Assembly (NCBI GenBank): GCA_963779755.1
Contig: CAVZZO010000001.1
Span: 704,001-768,000 of the forward strand
Origin: an uncultured Gemmatimonadales bacterium
Lineage (GTDB): Bacteria; Gemmatimonadota; Gemmatimonadetes; Gemmatimonadales; GWC2-71-9
Reading direction: 5' to 3'
Length of the DNA stretch: 64,000 nucleotides
Under the pieces are notes generated by a model that had not been told where the DNA came from, searched no databases, and saw nothing but the letters and a program-made list of their open reading frames with translations. Shown one piece after another: positions 9,981 to 19,344 of this stretch. Made by a program: the position numbers and the translations under genes. How positions within the stretch are numbered: position 1 is the stretch's first letter; each line of letters begins with the position of its first letter.

Positions 9981-11461
9981 GAACGGGCCTCCGGCTGGCG
10001 CTCCTCGCGCTCCTCGCGACACCCGCGGCGGCTACGGCGCAACAGTATCTGCTCCGGCTCGACAGCCGCATGCAGCGGGTGGACTTCCGCGGCCTGGTGA
10101 AGGACAGCATCCCCGCCTCCCAGGTGGTGACCGGCGCCAACGGCCGCCCCGAAACCACTGATGGCTACGCCGTCACCTGCGGCGGCCAGTCCACCTGCAT
10201 CTTCTACCGCCCCGGGCCGGTGCTCCGGGGAGCGCCGATGGTGAACGGCGCCGACCTCACCGTCTGGGGCTTCGGCCTTCCCGGCCTGCGCCTGCGGGCC
10301 AACGGGCGGGTGGGCTTCGACCTGGGGAACAGCGAGGTCTGGCCCGGGACAAATCCGGCGCTGCAGGTGAACGAGGCCTATATCGAGTACGCTCCCGATC
10401 GCCTGGTCGCCCGCCTGGGCCGCCAGATCGAACACACGCGCCTCGGCTCCTACGGTTACGACGGCCCGCGCCTGGCCTGGGGGTTCCCCTCCCTGGGGCT
10501 CACCGTCATCGGCTATGGCGGGCTCGGGCTGGCGCGCGCGGTGGCCCTGCCGGTGACCAGCGACGCGCTCAATCCGCTGGATGAGTTTCAGCCCCGGCGG
10601 CGCCAGCTGCTCGCCGCCGGGGCCGTCGAATGGCAGCGCCCCATGGTGGACGCCCGGCTGGATTACGAGCGGGAGGTGGACCGGGAGACGCGCAACTTCG
10701 TCTCCGAACGGATGGCGCTCTCGGCCACCTTCCGTCCCTACGGGGGATGGAGCCTCTCCGGCGGCGCGGATTACGACCTGGCGTGGGGCTGGTGGGGCAG
10801 CGCCGACCTGACCGTCCGCTACGGCGGCACCCGCTACGGCGGGGCGGCGGGGGTGCGCCGCTATCGCCCCTATTTCGATCTCTGGACCCTGTGGGGCGCG
10901 TTCAGTCCGCTGCCCTATTCGGCCGTCAACGGGTCCGCCTGGGTGTCGCCCATGCAGGGCCTCACTCTGCATGCCTGGGGGGAGCGCTACTGGTACCCGG
11001 ACGCCGAGGCGGATACCCCGCTCCTCACGGTCGAGACCCGGGGTTGGCGCTGGAACGCCGGCGGCAGCTACGCCGTTTCGCCCAGCGTCAGCGTGGATGC
11101 CGGCTATCAGGCGGCGTACGGCCCTGGCGCGTCATCCCGCGGGGTGGACGGCAGTCTGGACTACCGGGTGAACCCCCGGCTCACGCTCACGGCGGAGGGC
11201 GGTTACCAGATCCGGCCGCTGGAGTACCGGCTGGAAGACCCGGCCCTGACCTGGTACGGGCTGGCGGTGAATTTCCGGCCTACCGAACGGCTGCGGCTGG
11301 ACCTGCGGGCCACCCGGTACCAGGAGAATCGCCGCCGCCCCGATGCCGGGGGAATTGACTGGTCGAATACCCGTTTCAGCCTGAGCTTCGCCTGGCTGCT
11401 GGGCTCGAGCATTGACCGCCTTCCCCTGCCGCCGGCGGTTCGCCGGGAGGGCCGGCGATGA
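9977..11461 (+). CDS. Putative outer-membrane beta-barrel (porin) of a porin-cytochrome conduit
   Basis: ATGA overlap with the upstream stop; signal peptide; alternating aromatic/Gly-rich beta-strand pattern; no CxxCH; lies between multiheme genes. Confidence 0.75.
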   Translation: MRTGLRLALLALLATPAAATAQQYLLRLDSRMQRVDFRGLVKDSIPASQVVTGANGRPETTDGYAVTCGGQSTCIFYRPGPVLRGAPMVNGADLTVWGFGLPGLRLRANGRVGFDLGNSEVWPGTNPALQVNEAYIEYAPDRLVARLGRQIEHTRLGSYGYDGPRLAWGFPSLGLTVIGYGGLGLARAVALPVTSDALNPLDEFQPRRRQLLAAGAVEWQRPMVDARLDYEREVDRETRNFVSERMALSATFRPYGGWSLSGGADYDLAWGWWGSADLTVRYGGTRYGGAAGVRRYRPYFDLWTLWGAFSPLPYSAVNGSAWVSPMQGLTLHAWGERYWYPDAEADTPLLTVETRGWRWNAGGSYAVSPSVSVDAGYQAAYGPGASSRGVDGSLDYRVNPRLTLTAEGGYQIRPLEYRLEDPALTWYGLAVNFRPTERLRLDLRATRYQENRRRPDAGGIDWSNTRFSLSFAWLLGSSIDRLPLPPAVRREGRR

Positions 11462-12885
11462 CCGTCACCCGTTTCTCCCTCATTGCTGGCCTCGGGCTCA
11501 TGCTCGCCGGCTTCGGCGGGCGGGCCGTCCGTCGGCAGCAGGACACGTTCGATCACGCCCGGCATCGCAAGGTGTTCCCGGAATGCGAGGGCTGCCATGC
11601 CGGCATCCGGCAGGCCGGACGCCCGGTATTCCCGGCGCCGGAGGTGTGCGCCAGATGTCATGATGGGACGGTGGAACGGAAGGTGGACTACACTCCACCG
11701 GAGCCGTCCATCCGGACCAACCTCCGCTTCCGTCACGCGGAGCACGACGCGCGGTCCGGCCGGCGGCTGCCGGGCGATTCCATTCTTGCCTGCAGCCAGT
11801 GCCACATCCCCCAGGGCGCGCCCTGGCTCACCGTCCGGCGCACTAATCCGCGCAACTGTCTCGACTGCCACGGAGTGACCGCGCCGCATCTTTCCGCTCC
11901 GGATACCGCCTGCGCCACCTGCCATCTCCCGCTGCCTCAGGCCGCGGCCTGGTCTCCGGAGCGGATTGCCCGACTGCCCCATCCGCCCTCACACGACCAG
12001 GCGAACTTCCCGAGCGCCGAGGGGCATGGCGCGCTGGCCCGGCAGAGTGAGCGGAACTGCGCCGTCTGCCACGCGCGCGATTTCTGTATCCGGTGCCATG
12101 TCAACGCGCCCGAGGTGAAGGCCATCCAGGCGCTGGCGCCCGATCCCCGCTCCCTGGCCATCAAGGTCGCGCTGGAGGCTCCCCAGTCGCACCGTGAAGC
12201 GGGCTGGCTGGACGAACATGGCGGGGTGGCGAAGCGCGAGGCGGCGAAGAGCTGCGCCTTCTGCCACACGCGGCAGAGCTGCATGGTCTGCCATCGGACC
12301 CGGCCGGCGCTGGCGCTGTCGCTGCCCGACAGCGGAGCGGGACGCGGGATCGGGGCGCGCATCCCGCGGAAGGCGGGGGGATACCACGGACCTGACTGGG
12401 TGGATCAGCATCCGGGGCCAGCCCGGTCGGCGCCCGAAACCTGCGAGACCTGCCACGCGCGGACGGAGTGCCTGGAGTGCCACCGTCCCAATCCCGGCGC
12501 GGCGGGGAACTATCACCCGGCGGGCTTCCTGACCCGGCATCCCGCGCTGGCCTTTAACCGGCAGGTGGACTGCACCGACTGCCACAGCCAGAGCCAGTTC
12601 TGCGTCACCTGCCACCAGGAGGCCGGCCTGGTGTCAACGGCTCCGCTGCGGCAGGGCTTCCATGACGCCAACGGCGCTTTTGCGCTCAACCACGGAGTGG
12701 CGGCACGGCAGAATCTCGAGTCCTGCGTCTCCTGTCATGCCGAGCGCGACTGCCTGACCTGCCATTCGGCGCAGGGCGGACGCCGCTTCAATCCCCACGG
12801 GCCGGGCTTCGACCCGGACCGCTTGCGGCAGCGCAATCCTCAGATGTGCGCCGGGTGTCACGGGAGAAATATTCCGACCAGGTGA
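11458..12885 (+). CDS. Hexadecaheme c-type cytochrome
   Basis: 16 CxxCH motifs counted (CEGCH to CAGCH); FxHxxH distal-ligand motifs; N-terminal hydrophobic signal. Confidence 0.9.
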   Translation: MTVTRFSLIAGLGLMLAGFGGRAVRRQQDTFDHARHRKVFPECEGCHAGIRQAGRPVFPAPEVCARCHDGTVERKVDYTPPEPSIRTNLRFRHAEHDARSGRRLPGDSILACSQCHIPQGAPWLTVRRTNPRNCLDCHGVTAPHLSAPDTACATCHLPLPQAAAWSPERIARLPHPPSHDQANFPSAEGHGALARQSERNCAVCHARDFCIRCHVNAPEVKAIQALAPDPRSLAIKVALEAPQSHREAGWLDEHGGVAKREAAKSCAFCHTRQSCMVCHRTRPALALSLPDSGAGRGIGARIPRKAGGYHGPDWVDQHPGPARSAPETCETCHARTECLECHRPNPGAAGNYHPAGFLTRHPALAFNRQVDCTDCHSQSQFCVTCHQEAGLVSTAPLRQGFHDANGAFALNHGVAARQNLESCVSCHAERDCLTCHSAQGGRRFNPHGPGFDPDRLRQRNPQMCAGCHGRNIPTR

Positions 12886-12915
12886 GCGGTGAGCGGTGAG
12901 CGGTGAGCGGTGAGC
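12881..12915. repeat. Heptamer tandem repeat (GGTGAGC)x5
   Basis: Five perfect copies; the first overlaps the stop codon of the 16-heme gene. Confidence 0.9.
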
Positions 12916-13015
12916 GGTGCCGAAGGTAACACTGTCATTGCGAGCCGCGGAGCTGCGAAGCAATCCCCCTGGGCTGCGCCGGGAGCCCCTGCGCCTCGCA
13001 GGGCTGTTCATCAGG

Positions 13016-14457
13016 AATCCACAGATTTCACAGATTGCGCAGATTGGCTCGGTGCGCTTGCGGCGCTTCGCCAAGGCCTGCCAGTATCCCCAGAAGAAAC
13101 TCGTTGTCTTTGTTGGGAGCGCAGGGCAACGCTCCATACGCCTGGTTCCCGGGCGTCGTGGCGCGGGGAAGGCTACCGGATCACGGGGGAACCGCAGATT
13201 ACGCAGATGTACGCAGATTTGGCTCCGTTCGCCTGCAGCGATCCGCCAAGCCTCGCCTCACGCCAACAAAACAGAAGATTCGTTGTTTGCTGGGAGCGCA
13301 GGCAAGGCTCCATGGAGCTGCGCCGACAGACGAGGCAATCTGCGTACATCTGCGTTCAATCTGCGTAATCTGTGTTCCCCCTCCGGGAACCCAGCCGTGC
13401 AAGGAGCCCGGGACGTAACCGACGCTTCGCCCTGGTTGGCCGACCTGGCCGATTGATTGAGACCGCAGATTACGCAGATTACGCAGATTTGGCTCCGTTC
13501 GCCTGCAGCGCTCCGCCAAGCCTCGCCTCACGCCAACAAAACAGAAGATTCGTTGTTTGCTGGGAGCGCGGGCAACGCTCCATGGAGCTGCGCCGGCAGA
13601 CGAGGCAATCTGCGTACATCTGCGTTCAATCTGCGTAATCTGTGTTCCCCCTCCGGGAACCCAGCCGTGCAAGGAGCCCGGGACGTAACCGACGCTTCGC
13701 CCTGGTTGGCCGACCTGGCCGATTGATTGAGTCCACAGATTTCACAGATTACGCAGTTTTGGCTCGGTTTGCCTGCAGCGATCCGCCAGGCCTCACCTCA
13801 CGCCAACAAAACAGAAGATTCGTTGTTTGCTGGGAGCGCAGGCAACGCCCCATGGAGCTGCGCCGGCAGACGAGGCAATCTGCGTACATCTGCGTTCAAT
13901 CTGCGTAATCTGTGTTCCCCCTCCGGGAACCCAGCCGTGCAAGGAGCCCGGGACGTAACCGACGCTTCGCCCTGGTTGGCCGACCTGGCCGATTGATTGA
14001 GTCCACAGATTTCACAGATTACGCAGTTTTGGCTCGGTTTGCCTCAAGCGATCCGCCAAGCCTCACCTCACGCCAACAAAACAGAAGATTCGTTGTTTGC
14101 TGGGAGCGCAGGCAACGCCCCATGGAGCTGCGCCGACAGACAGGGCAATCTGTGTACATCTGCGTTCAATCTGCGTAATCTGTGTTCCCCCTCCGGGAAC
14201 CCAGCCGTGCAAGGAGCCCGAGACGTAACCGACGCTTCGCCCTGGTTGGCCGACCTGGCCGATTGATTGAGTCCACAGATTTCACAGATTACGCAGTTTT
14301 GGCTCGGTTTGCCTGCAGCGATCCGCCAAGCCTCGCCTCACGCCAACAAAACAGAAGATTCGTTGTTTGCTGGGAGCGCAGGCAACGCCCCATGGAGCTG
14401 CGCCGGCAGACGAGGCAATCTGCGTACATCTGCGTTCAATCTGCGTAATCTGCGGTT
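13016..14457. repeat. Array C: five 270-bp units plus one degenerate leading unit
   Basis: Anchor CGCCAACAAAACAGAAGATT at 13261, 13531, 13801, 14071, 14341 (exact period 270). Confidence 0.95.
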
Positions 14458-14518
14458 CCCTCTTGGTAGCCGCCGCGGCCCAAGGGCCCGAGGTCGCGAT
14501 GGCCCCGGCGCCCCGGGC

Positions 14519-15496
14519 TCAGTGGTCCTCTGGTGTCTCTTTCCTGGTGCCTGCCTCCTTCTTGCCGGCCGCCCTGGCGGGCCCTTCCCCGGCCGTCATG
14601 GACGTATCGGGGCCCTCTTTCGATATCAGGCGGCCGCCTCCCGCCATCCCCAGCAGCGACGGCACATTGAGCGAGTCGGCCAGGCCCGACGGCACCACCA
14701 TGAGCGAGCCCCGCTTGACGATACTCTCGTACAGCATGTTCATCGCCCGCAGCTGCATGGCGTCGGGGTGATTGCGGTAGGAGTCGGCCGCGTCCACGAA
14801 CTTGTGGGCGATTTCGGTCTCGGCGGTACCCAGGATGATGCGCGCCTGCCGTTCCCGTTCCGCCTGGGCCTGGCGGGACATGGCGTCTTCCAGCCCGGCG
14901 GGGATGATGACATCCCGGATCTCCACCGACTGCACCTGGATGCCCCAGGTCGCCATCTTCTCCTCCAGGGCCAGCTTGAGCCCGTGGCCCAGCTCGACCC
15001 GCGACTGGATCAGCTCCGCCAGGTCGTGCTTGCCGATGGCGTCCCGCAGCTGCGTCTGCGCCGAGAGGATGACCGCCTCGTCGTAGTCCTGTACCTCCAG
15101 GGCGGCGCGCTCGGCGTCTCGGACGATCCAGAACGCAATGGCATCCACGTTCACCGGCACCGTGTCGCGGGTGAGGCACGATTCGGCTCCGAACGCGGCG
15201 GTCCGGATCCGCTGGTCGATGGTGTAGGCCACCCGGTCCAGGATGGGGATGATGACGAAGTAGCCGGGCCCGCGGAGGCCCCGGTAACTGCCCAGCCGCA
15301 GGAGGACGGCCTTCTCCCACTGGTCGGTGTACTTGATGGCGGAGGCGATCAGCACCCCCAGCGCCAGGCCGGCCAGGCCGGCCAGCGGCGGCGCCACGCC
15401 GGCAAGGAACAGCGCGCCGGCCAGACCGGCCCCGACGATCAGCCCTGCTGAGAGCGCGGCGAAGGAGTATCGCGTGTCATTCGGCCTGTGTCTCAT
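14519..15496 (-). CDS. SPFH/slipin (stomatin-like) membrane protein
   Basis: AVLLRLG..GPG..IIPILD, LTRDTVPVNVDA, AMSRQAQAERERQA; start at ATG 15496 after GAGG. Confidence 0.9.
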   Translation of the reverse strand: MRHRPNDTRYSFAALSAGLIVGAGLAGALFLAGVAPPLAGLAGLALGVLIASAIKYTDQWEKAVLLRLGSYRGLRGPGYFVIIPILDRVAYTIDQRIRTAAFGAESCLTRDTVPVNVDAIAFWIVRDAERAALEVQDYDEAVILSAQTQLRDAIGKHDLAELIQSRVELGHGLKLALEEKMATWGIQVQSVEIRDVIIPAGLEDAMSRQAQAERERQARIILGTAETEIAHKFVDAADSYRNHPDAMQLRAMNMLYESIVKRGSLMVVPSGLADSLNVPSLLGMAGGGRLISKEGPDTSMTAGEGPARAAGKKEAGTRKETPEDH

Positions 15497-15547
15497 GACC
15501 CTCACCTCGCAAAAGAAAAAGCTGGTAGCGCGGTTGCCACCGGTGCT

Positions 15548-16837
15548 TCATCGTGTCCGGACCGGGCGTACGTCCTCATGCCGCGGCCGGGTGCTTCGCG
15601 GCCGGACCATCCGGGCCAGCGGTTCCTGCTTCAGGTACGGACTGCGGACGCTGCCCAGCTCGATGGGGAGCGCCACCTTCACCAGCACGGTCAGGACGAA
15701 CATGCCCATCGCCCAGATGCCGGCCGTGACGCTCAGCTCCACCCAGGTCGGCCGGTACTCGACCATCTCGCCCAGCGGGGAGGGGATGAATCCGGGGATC
15801 ACCAGGCCCATGCCCTTTTCGATCCAGATGGCGACGAAGAGCATGGCACAGGCCAGCATCAGCAGGTAGGTGTTGCGCCTGATTGCATGCACCATGAGCG
15901 AACCCGTCGCCAGCACGTTCATCCCGATCGCCGTCCAGATCCACGGCACCAGGGCGTGGTGGCCCCGCAGGCCGAAGAAGAGATAGACGGCGCTGGTGCC
16001 GTGTTCCGTGGGCCAGTAGAACTCGTAGAACAACTCCGAGAACAGCATGATGAGGTTGATCTGGGCCGTCACCGTGGTGATCAGCGCCAGCTTGGTAAAG
16101 GCCCGGTCGGCCACCGGGTACTCGGTGTTCTTCCGCACCACGTAGAGCATCAGGATCATGAACGCCGGGCCCGCGGTGAAGGCGGAAGCCAGGAAGCGCG
16201 GCCCCAGCAGCCCGCTGTTCCAGAACGGCCGCGCCGGCAGCCCGGCGAGCAGGAATGCCGTCACCAGGTGGATGCTCACCGCCCACATGACCGAGATGTA
16301 CATGAAGGGCAGGTATTTCCGTTTGGGCGGCGGGGTGCCCTTGTAGCGGTTGTAGAGGATGTAGAACGGGATGGCCAGGTTCAGCGCCAGGTAGCCGTTC
16401 AGCACCAGCACGTCCCAGGAGAGAAGCGAGCGGGGCCAGTTGAGGTACCCCAGCCCGGGAATGAGATGCCAGAACCGCTGGGGGCCGCCAAGATCGACCG
16501 TCACGAATCCCAGGCACATCACCAGCGCCGCCACCGCGACCCCTTCGGCCAGCAGCACCGCCTTGCCGAAGTCCACGTCCTCCAGGATGTAGGCCGGCAG
16601 CACCAGCATCATGGCGGCCGCCGCCAGCCCCACCAGGAAGGTGAAGTTCGAGATGTAGAGTCCCCAGCTCACATGGTCGCTCATCCCGGTGACGCCGAGG
16701 CCGAAGCGCACCTGCTGGGAATAGGCGTAGGCGCCCAGCAGCATGATCGCCGTCAGGCTGCCCATCCACAGGTGGTAGCGGCGGCCCCCGGAGGTGGCCG
16801 ACCGCAGCGCGGTACGCAGGAAGGCTCCCAGATGCAC
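15548..16837 (-). CDS. NrfD/PsrC-family quinone-interacting membrane subunit
   Basis: GLGVTGMSDHVSWGLYISNF, DLGGPQRF; about 10 TM helices. Confidence 0.9.
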   Translation of the reverse strand: MHLGAFLRTALRSATSGGRRYHLWMGSLTAIMLLGAYAYSQQVRFGLGVTGMSDHVSWGLYISNFTFLVGLAAAAMMLVLPAYILEDVDFGKAVLLAEGVAVAALVMCLGFVTVDLGGPQRFWHLIPGLGYLNWPRSLLSWDVLVLNGYLALNLAIPFYILYNRYKGTPPPKRKYLPFMYISVMWAVSIHLVTAFLLAGLPARPFWNSGLLGPRFLASAFTAGPAFMILMLYVVRKNTEYPVADRAFTKLALITTVTAQINLIMLFSELFYEFYWPTEHGTSAVYLFFGLRGHHALVPWIWTAIGMNVLATGSLMVHAIRRNTYLLMLACAMLFVAIWIEKGMGLVIPGFIPSPLGEMVEYRPTWVELSVTAGIWAMGMFVLTVLVKVALPIELGSVRSPYLKQEPLARMVRPRSTRPRHEDVRPVRTR

Positions 16838-16844
16838 GGTTGCC

Positions 16845-17822
16845 TCAGTCGGTGAAGTACCAGAATCGCGGATCCGTCTGCAGGTCTTCCTTCAGACGGA
16901 ACACGTGCTTGTTGGCCAGCACCCAGCGGATCTCGGAATCCGGGTCCAGCAGGTTGCCGAAGACCCGAGCCCCGGTGGGACAGGCCTCGGCACAGGCCGG
17001 CAGCCGGCCCAGGCGGGTCCGGTGGATGCAGAAGGTGCACTTCTCCACCACCCCGCGCCGGCGCGCCCGGTTACCCAGGTAGTGCTGGTTGGGGTTCAGC
17101 TCCGCCGCGGGCACCTCGGGGTCGCTCCAGTTGAAGCGGCGCGCCCAGTAAGGGCAGGCGGCCATGCAGTAACGGCACCCGATGCACCAGTTGTAGTCGA
17201 TGACCACGATGCCGTCCGGCTCCTGCCAGGTGGCCCCGACGGGGCAGACCCGGGTGCAGGGAGGATCGCCGCACTGGAAGCACTGGGTCCCCAGATAGAA
17301 GTGGCCTTCGGCCGGCACCTCGTGCTGGAAGGTCGCGTCGGCCTCGGCGAAATCCACCTCGCCGTCTTCCATCTCGAAGATGCGGATGTACTGCGTCGCC
17401 GCCCGCCGGTCGAGGTTGTTCTCGTTGATGCAGGCCTGGACGCAGTTCCGGAACCCCTGGCACTTCGAGATGTTGAAGGCGTAGCCGAAGATCACCCCCG
17501 GCTGCGCGGCGGTGGAATGGATGGCCACGTCCTCGCCGCGCTCCAGCTTCGCCAGCCGCTCCAGCCGGGCGATGGTCTCCGCCCGTTCCTCCTCCGTCAT
17601 GAACCGGTAGTTGCCCTTGATGTACTCCCGCCATTTGAGCAGCCGGATCTCGCGCTCCTTGGGCGTCTCCGCGCTCAACGGCGTGCAGGCATTGAGCGCC
17701 GCGGCGCCGGCCACCGCCCCGGCGACCATCATCCCCACCGCTGCGCGCCGGTCCACCCGCTTCTGCAGCAGGGTCGCGTTTTCCTGGGCCTCCGGGCTCT
17801 GGCGGTCGCGATCGTTGCTCAT
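16845..17822 (-). CDS. NrfC/DsrO-like 4Fe-4S protein with Tat-like signal
   Basis: DRRAAV N-terminus; CFQCGDPPC, CIGCRYCMAACP, KCTFC, CAEACP; first cluster motif degenerate (CQGFRNCVQAC). Confidence 0.9.
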   Translation of the reverse strand: MSNDRDRQSPEAQENATLLQKRVDRRAAVGMMVAGAVAGAAALNACTPLSAETPKEREIRLLKWREYIKGNYRFMTEEERAETIARLERLAKLERGEDVAIHSTAAQPGVIFGYAFNISKCQGFRNCVQACINENNLDRRAATQYIRIFEMEDGEVDFAEADATFQHEVPAEGHFYLGTQCFQCGDPPCTRVCPVGATWQEPDGIVVIDYNWCIGCRYCMAACPYWARRFNWSDPEVPAAELNPNQHYLGNRARRRGVVEKCTFCIHRTRLGRLPACAEACPTGARVFGNLLDPDSEIRWVLANKHVFRLKEDLQTDPRFWYFTD

Positions 17823-18529
17823 GGCTGGCTCGTGGTCGGAGTTCTGGCGATCCGCGGCGCGCGGAACGGGATCCGCGGCTGAAGCGCGGGCCGGTGCGGG
17901 TCATGGCAATCCGGGCAGGCCATCACCACCCGCCGCCCCTGCCAGCCGTCCAGCCGTTTCCCGTGCGCGCCGTTGGCCCACGCCGTGGCCTGGGGGATGT
18001 GGCACTGGGCGCAGAGCTGGTAGCTCTCATCCAGGCTGACCCGCTTGCCATTGAGCAGGACCAGCGTCCCCACGTCCTCCGGCGCATGGCAGGTGGAGCA
18101 GAGCGCCCCGGTCCGGCTGGGGTGCACCGGCTGGATATTCTGGTGCGCGTCGGCGACCCGCCTGGCCTGCATGACCAGCTTCCGGCCCTGGTGGCAGGAG
18201 GTACAGGGATACTGGCTCAGCGCGGCGGAACGGTTGCGTAGCGCGATGGACAGATTGATCTGGCCGAACTGGCGCGCCTGCCCGGCCTCTGCCTCGGTGG
18301 TCCGGCGGGCCACTTCGAACGGCTGGCCGCCCGGTCCCGTCCATCCTTCCACCGCTATCGCCTCCACCGTCCCCAGCACCCCCGGCTCCCGCGCCGCATT
18401 GCGGGCGCGGGTGGCGGAATCGAGCGGCGCCATCATCTCGGCCGCCTGCTCGCTCCGCGCCAGGGAGCCGTTCCGGCACCCGACGACGATCCCCGCCGCC
18501 AGCAACAAGAGACCGATTCCGCGGGTCAC
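17819..18529 (-). CDS. Tetraheme c-type cytochrome, probable lipoprotein
   Basis: Lipobox VVGC; CTSCH, CSTCH, CAQCH, CPDCH. Confidence 0.85.
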   Translation of the reverse strand: MTRGIGLLLLAAGIVVGCRNGSLARSEQAAEMMAPLDSATRARNAAREPGVLGTVEAIAVEGWTGPGGQPFEVARRTTEAEAGQARQFGQINLSIALRNRSAALSQYPCTSCHQGRKLVMQARRVADAHQNIQPVHPSRTGALCSTCHAPEDVGTLVLLNGKRVSLDESYQLCAQCHIPQATAWANGAHGKRLDGWQGRRVVMACPDCHDPHRPALQPRIPFRAPRIARTPTTSQP

Positions 18530-19344
18530 GGGGCGGCTCCGGTGCTGTCAGCCGGAGTCCACGGCTGGTGCGCGAATGCCTGGGTTTCCCCGCCCGCCTG
18601 TACGTGGCATTGCCGGCAATCGGCCCGGTCGGGATGGGTGGTGCGGACCTCGGCTACCGCCGCGGGCCCCGAGTGGCAGGCCAGGCAGTTCTCCCGGAAC
18701 TGGAGATCGTGCGGGATGGGGGGCGGCGCCTGGTCCCGGGTCAGCGCCGGCAGGGTGGTCCAGACCGTCGTCGGCCAGGTGTAGGACGCCTCCGGCCGGG
18801 GCGCACCGCCGGCGGGGCCGTGGCAGAGATGACAGCGGTCGCTGGGACCGGCGTCGGGGGAGGCGAAGCCCATGACGCGGTCCTCTCCGAGATGGCATTG
18901 CAGGCACATGGTGCGCTCGGGATGGGGCGTCACCGGCGCATAGGCGGCGAAGCGGCGGGAGTAGCCGCCCCGGGCGTGACAGGCGCCGCAGGAGCTCGAG
19001 CGGTACTCGTCGGCGGTAAGGCCGTGGGGAATGCGGGGCGGCGCGCCCTCGTAGGCCCGGAGAAAATGGAATGTCCGCAGGTCGCGCGGGTGCGCCGTGC
19101 GCTGGCGCGGGTCGGCCGGCTCGATGGCCAGCATCGCGGGACTGGTCCGGAAGACCTGGGCCTCGCTGGCGATGGGTTCCTCCGGGACGGCGAGCAGTGG
19201 TACCGCTGGGGCCGGCGCCCGCTCGACCCGGGCGGCATAGGCCCGGCGGACCGCCGCCACCGTTGCCGCCGCCGCCGTGGCCAGGGACGCGACCAGAAGC
19301 GCGCTCATGAGGAGGACCGCGGGCCGCGGGCCGGTGGGGTTCAC
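18526..19344 (-). CDS. NapB-like cytochrome with duplicated domain (5 CxxCH)
   Basis: Two APPxIPH motifs; CGACH, CLQCH, CHLCH, CLACH, CRQCH; GTGA overlap with the upstream stop. Confidence 0.8.
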   Translation of the reverse strand: MNPTGPRPAVLLMSALLVASLATAAAATVAAVRRAYAARVERAPAPAVPLLAVPEEPIASEAQVFRTSPAMLAIEPADPRQRTAHPRDLRTFHFLRAYEGAPPRIPHGLTADEYRSSSCGACHARGGYSRRFAAYAPVTPHPERTMCLQCHLGEDRVMGFASPDAGPSDRCHLCHGPAGGAPRPEASYTWPTTVWTTLPALTRDQAPPPIPHDLQFRENCLACHSGPAAVAEVRTTHPDRADCRQCHVQAGGETQAFAHQPWTPADSTGAAP

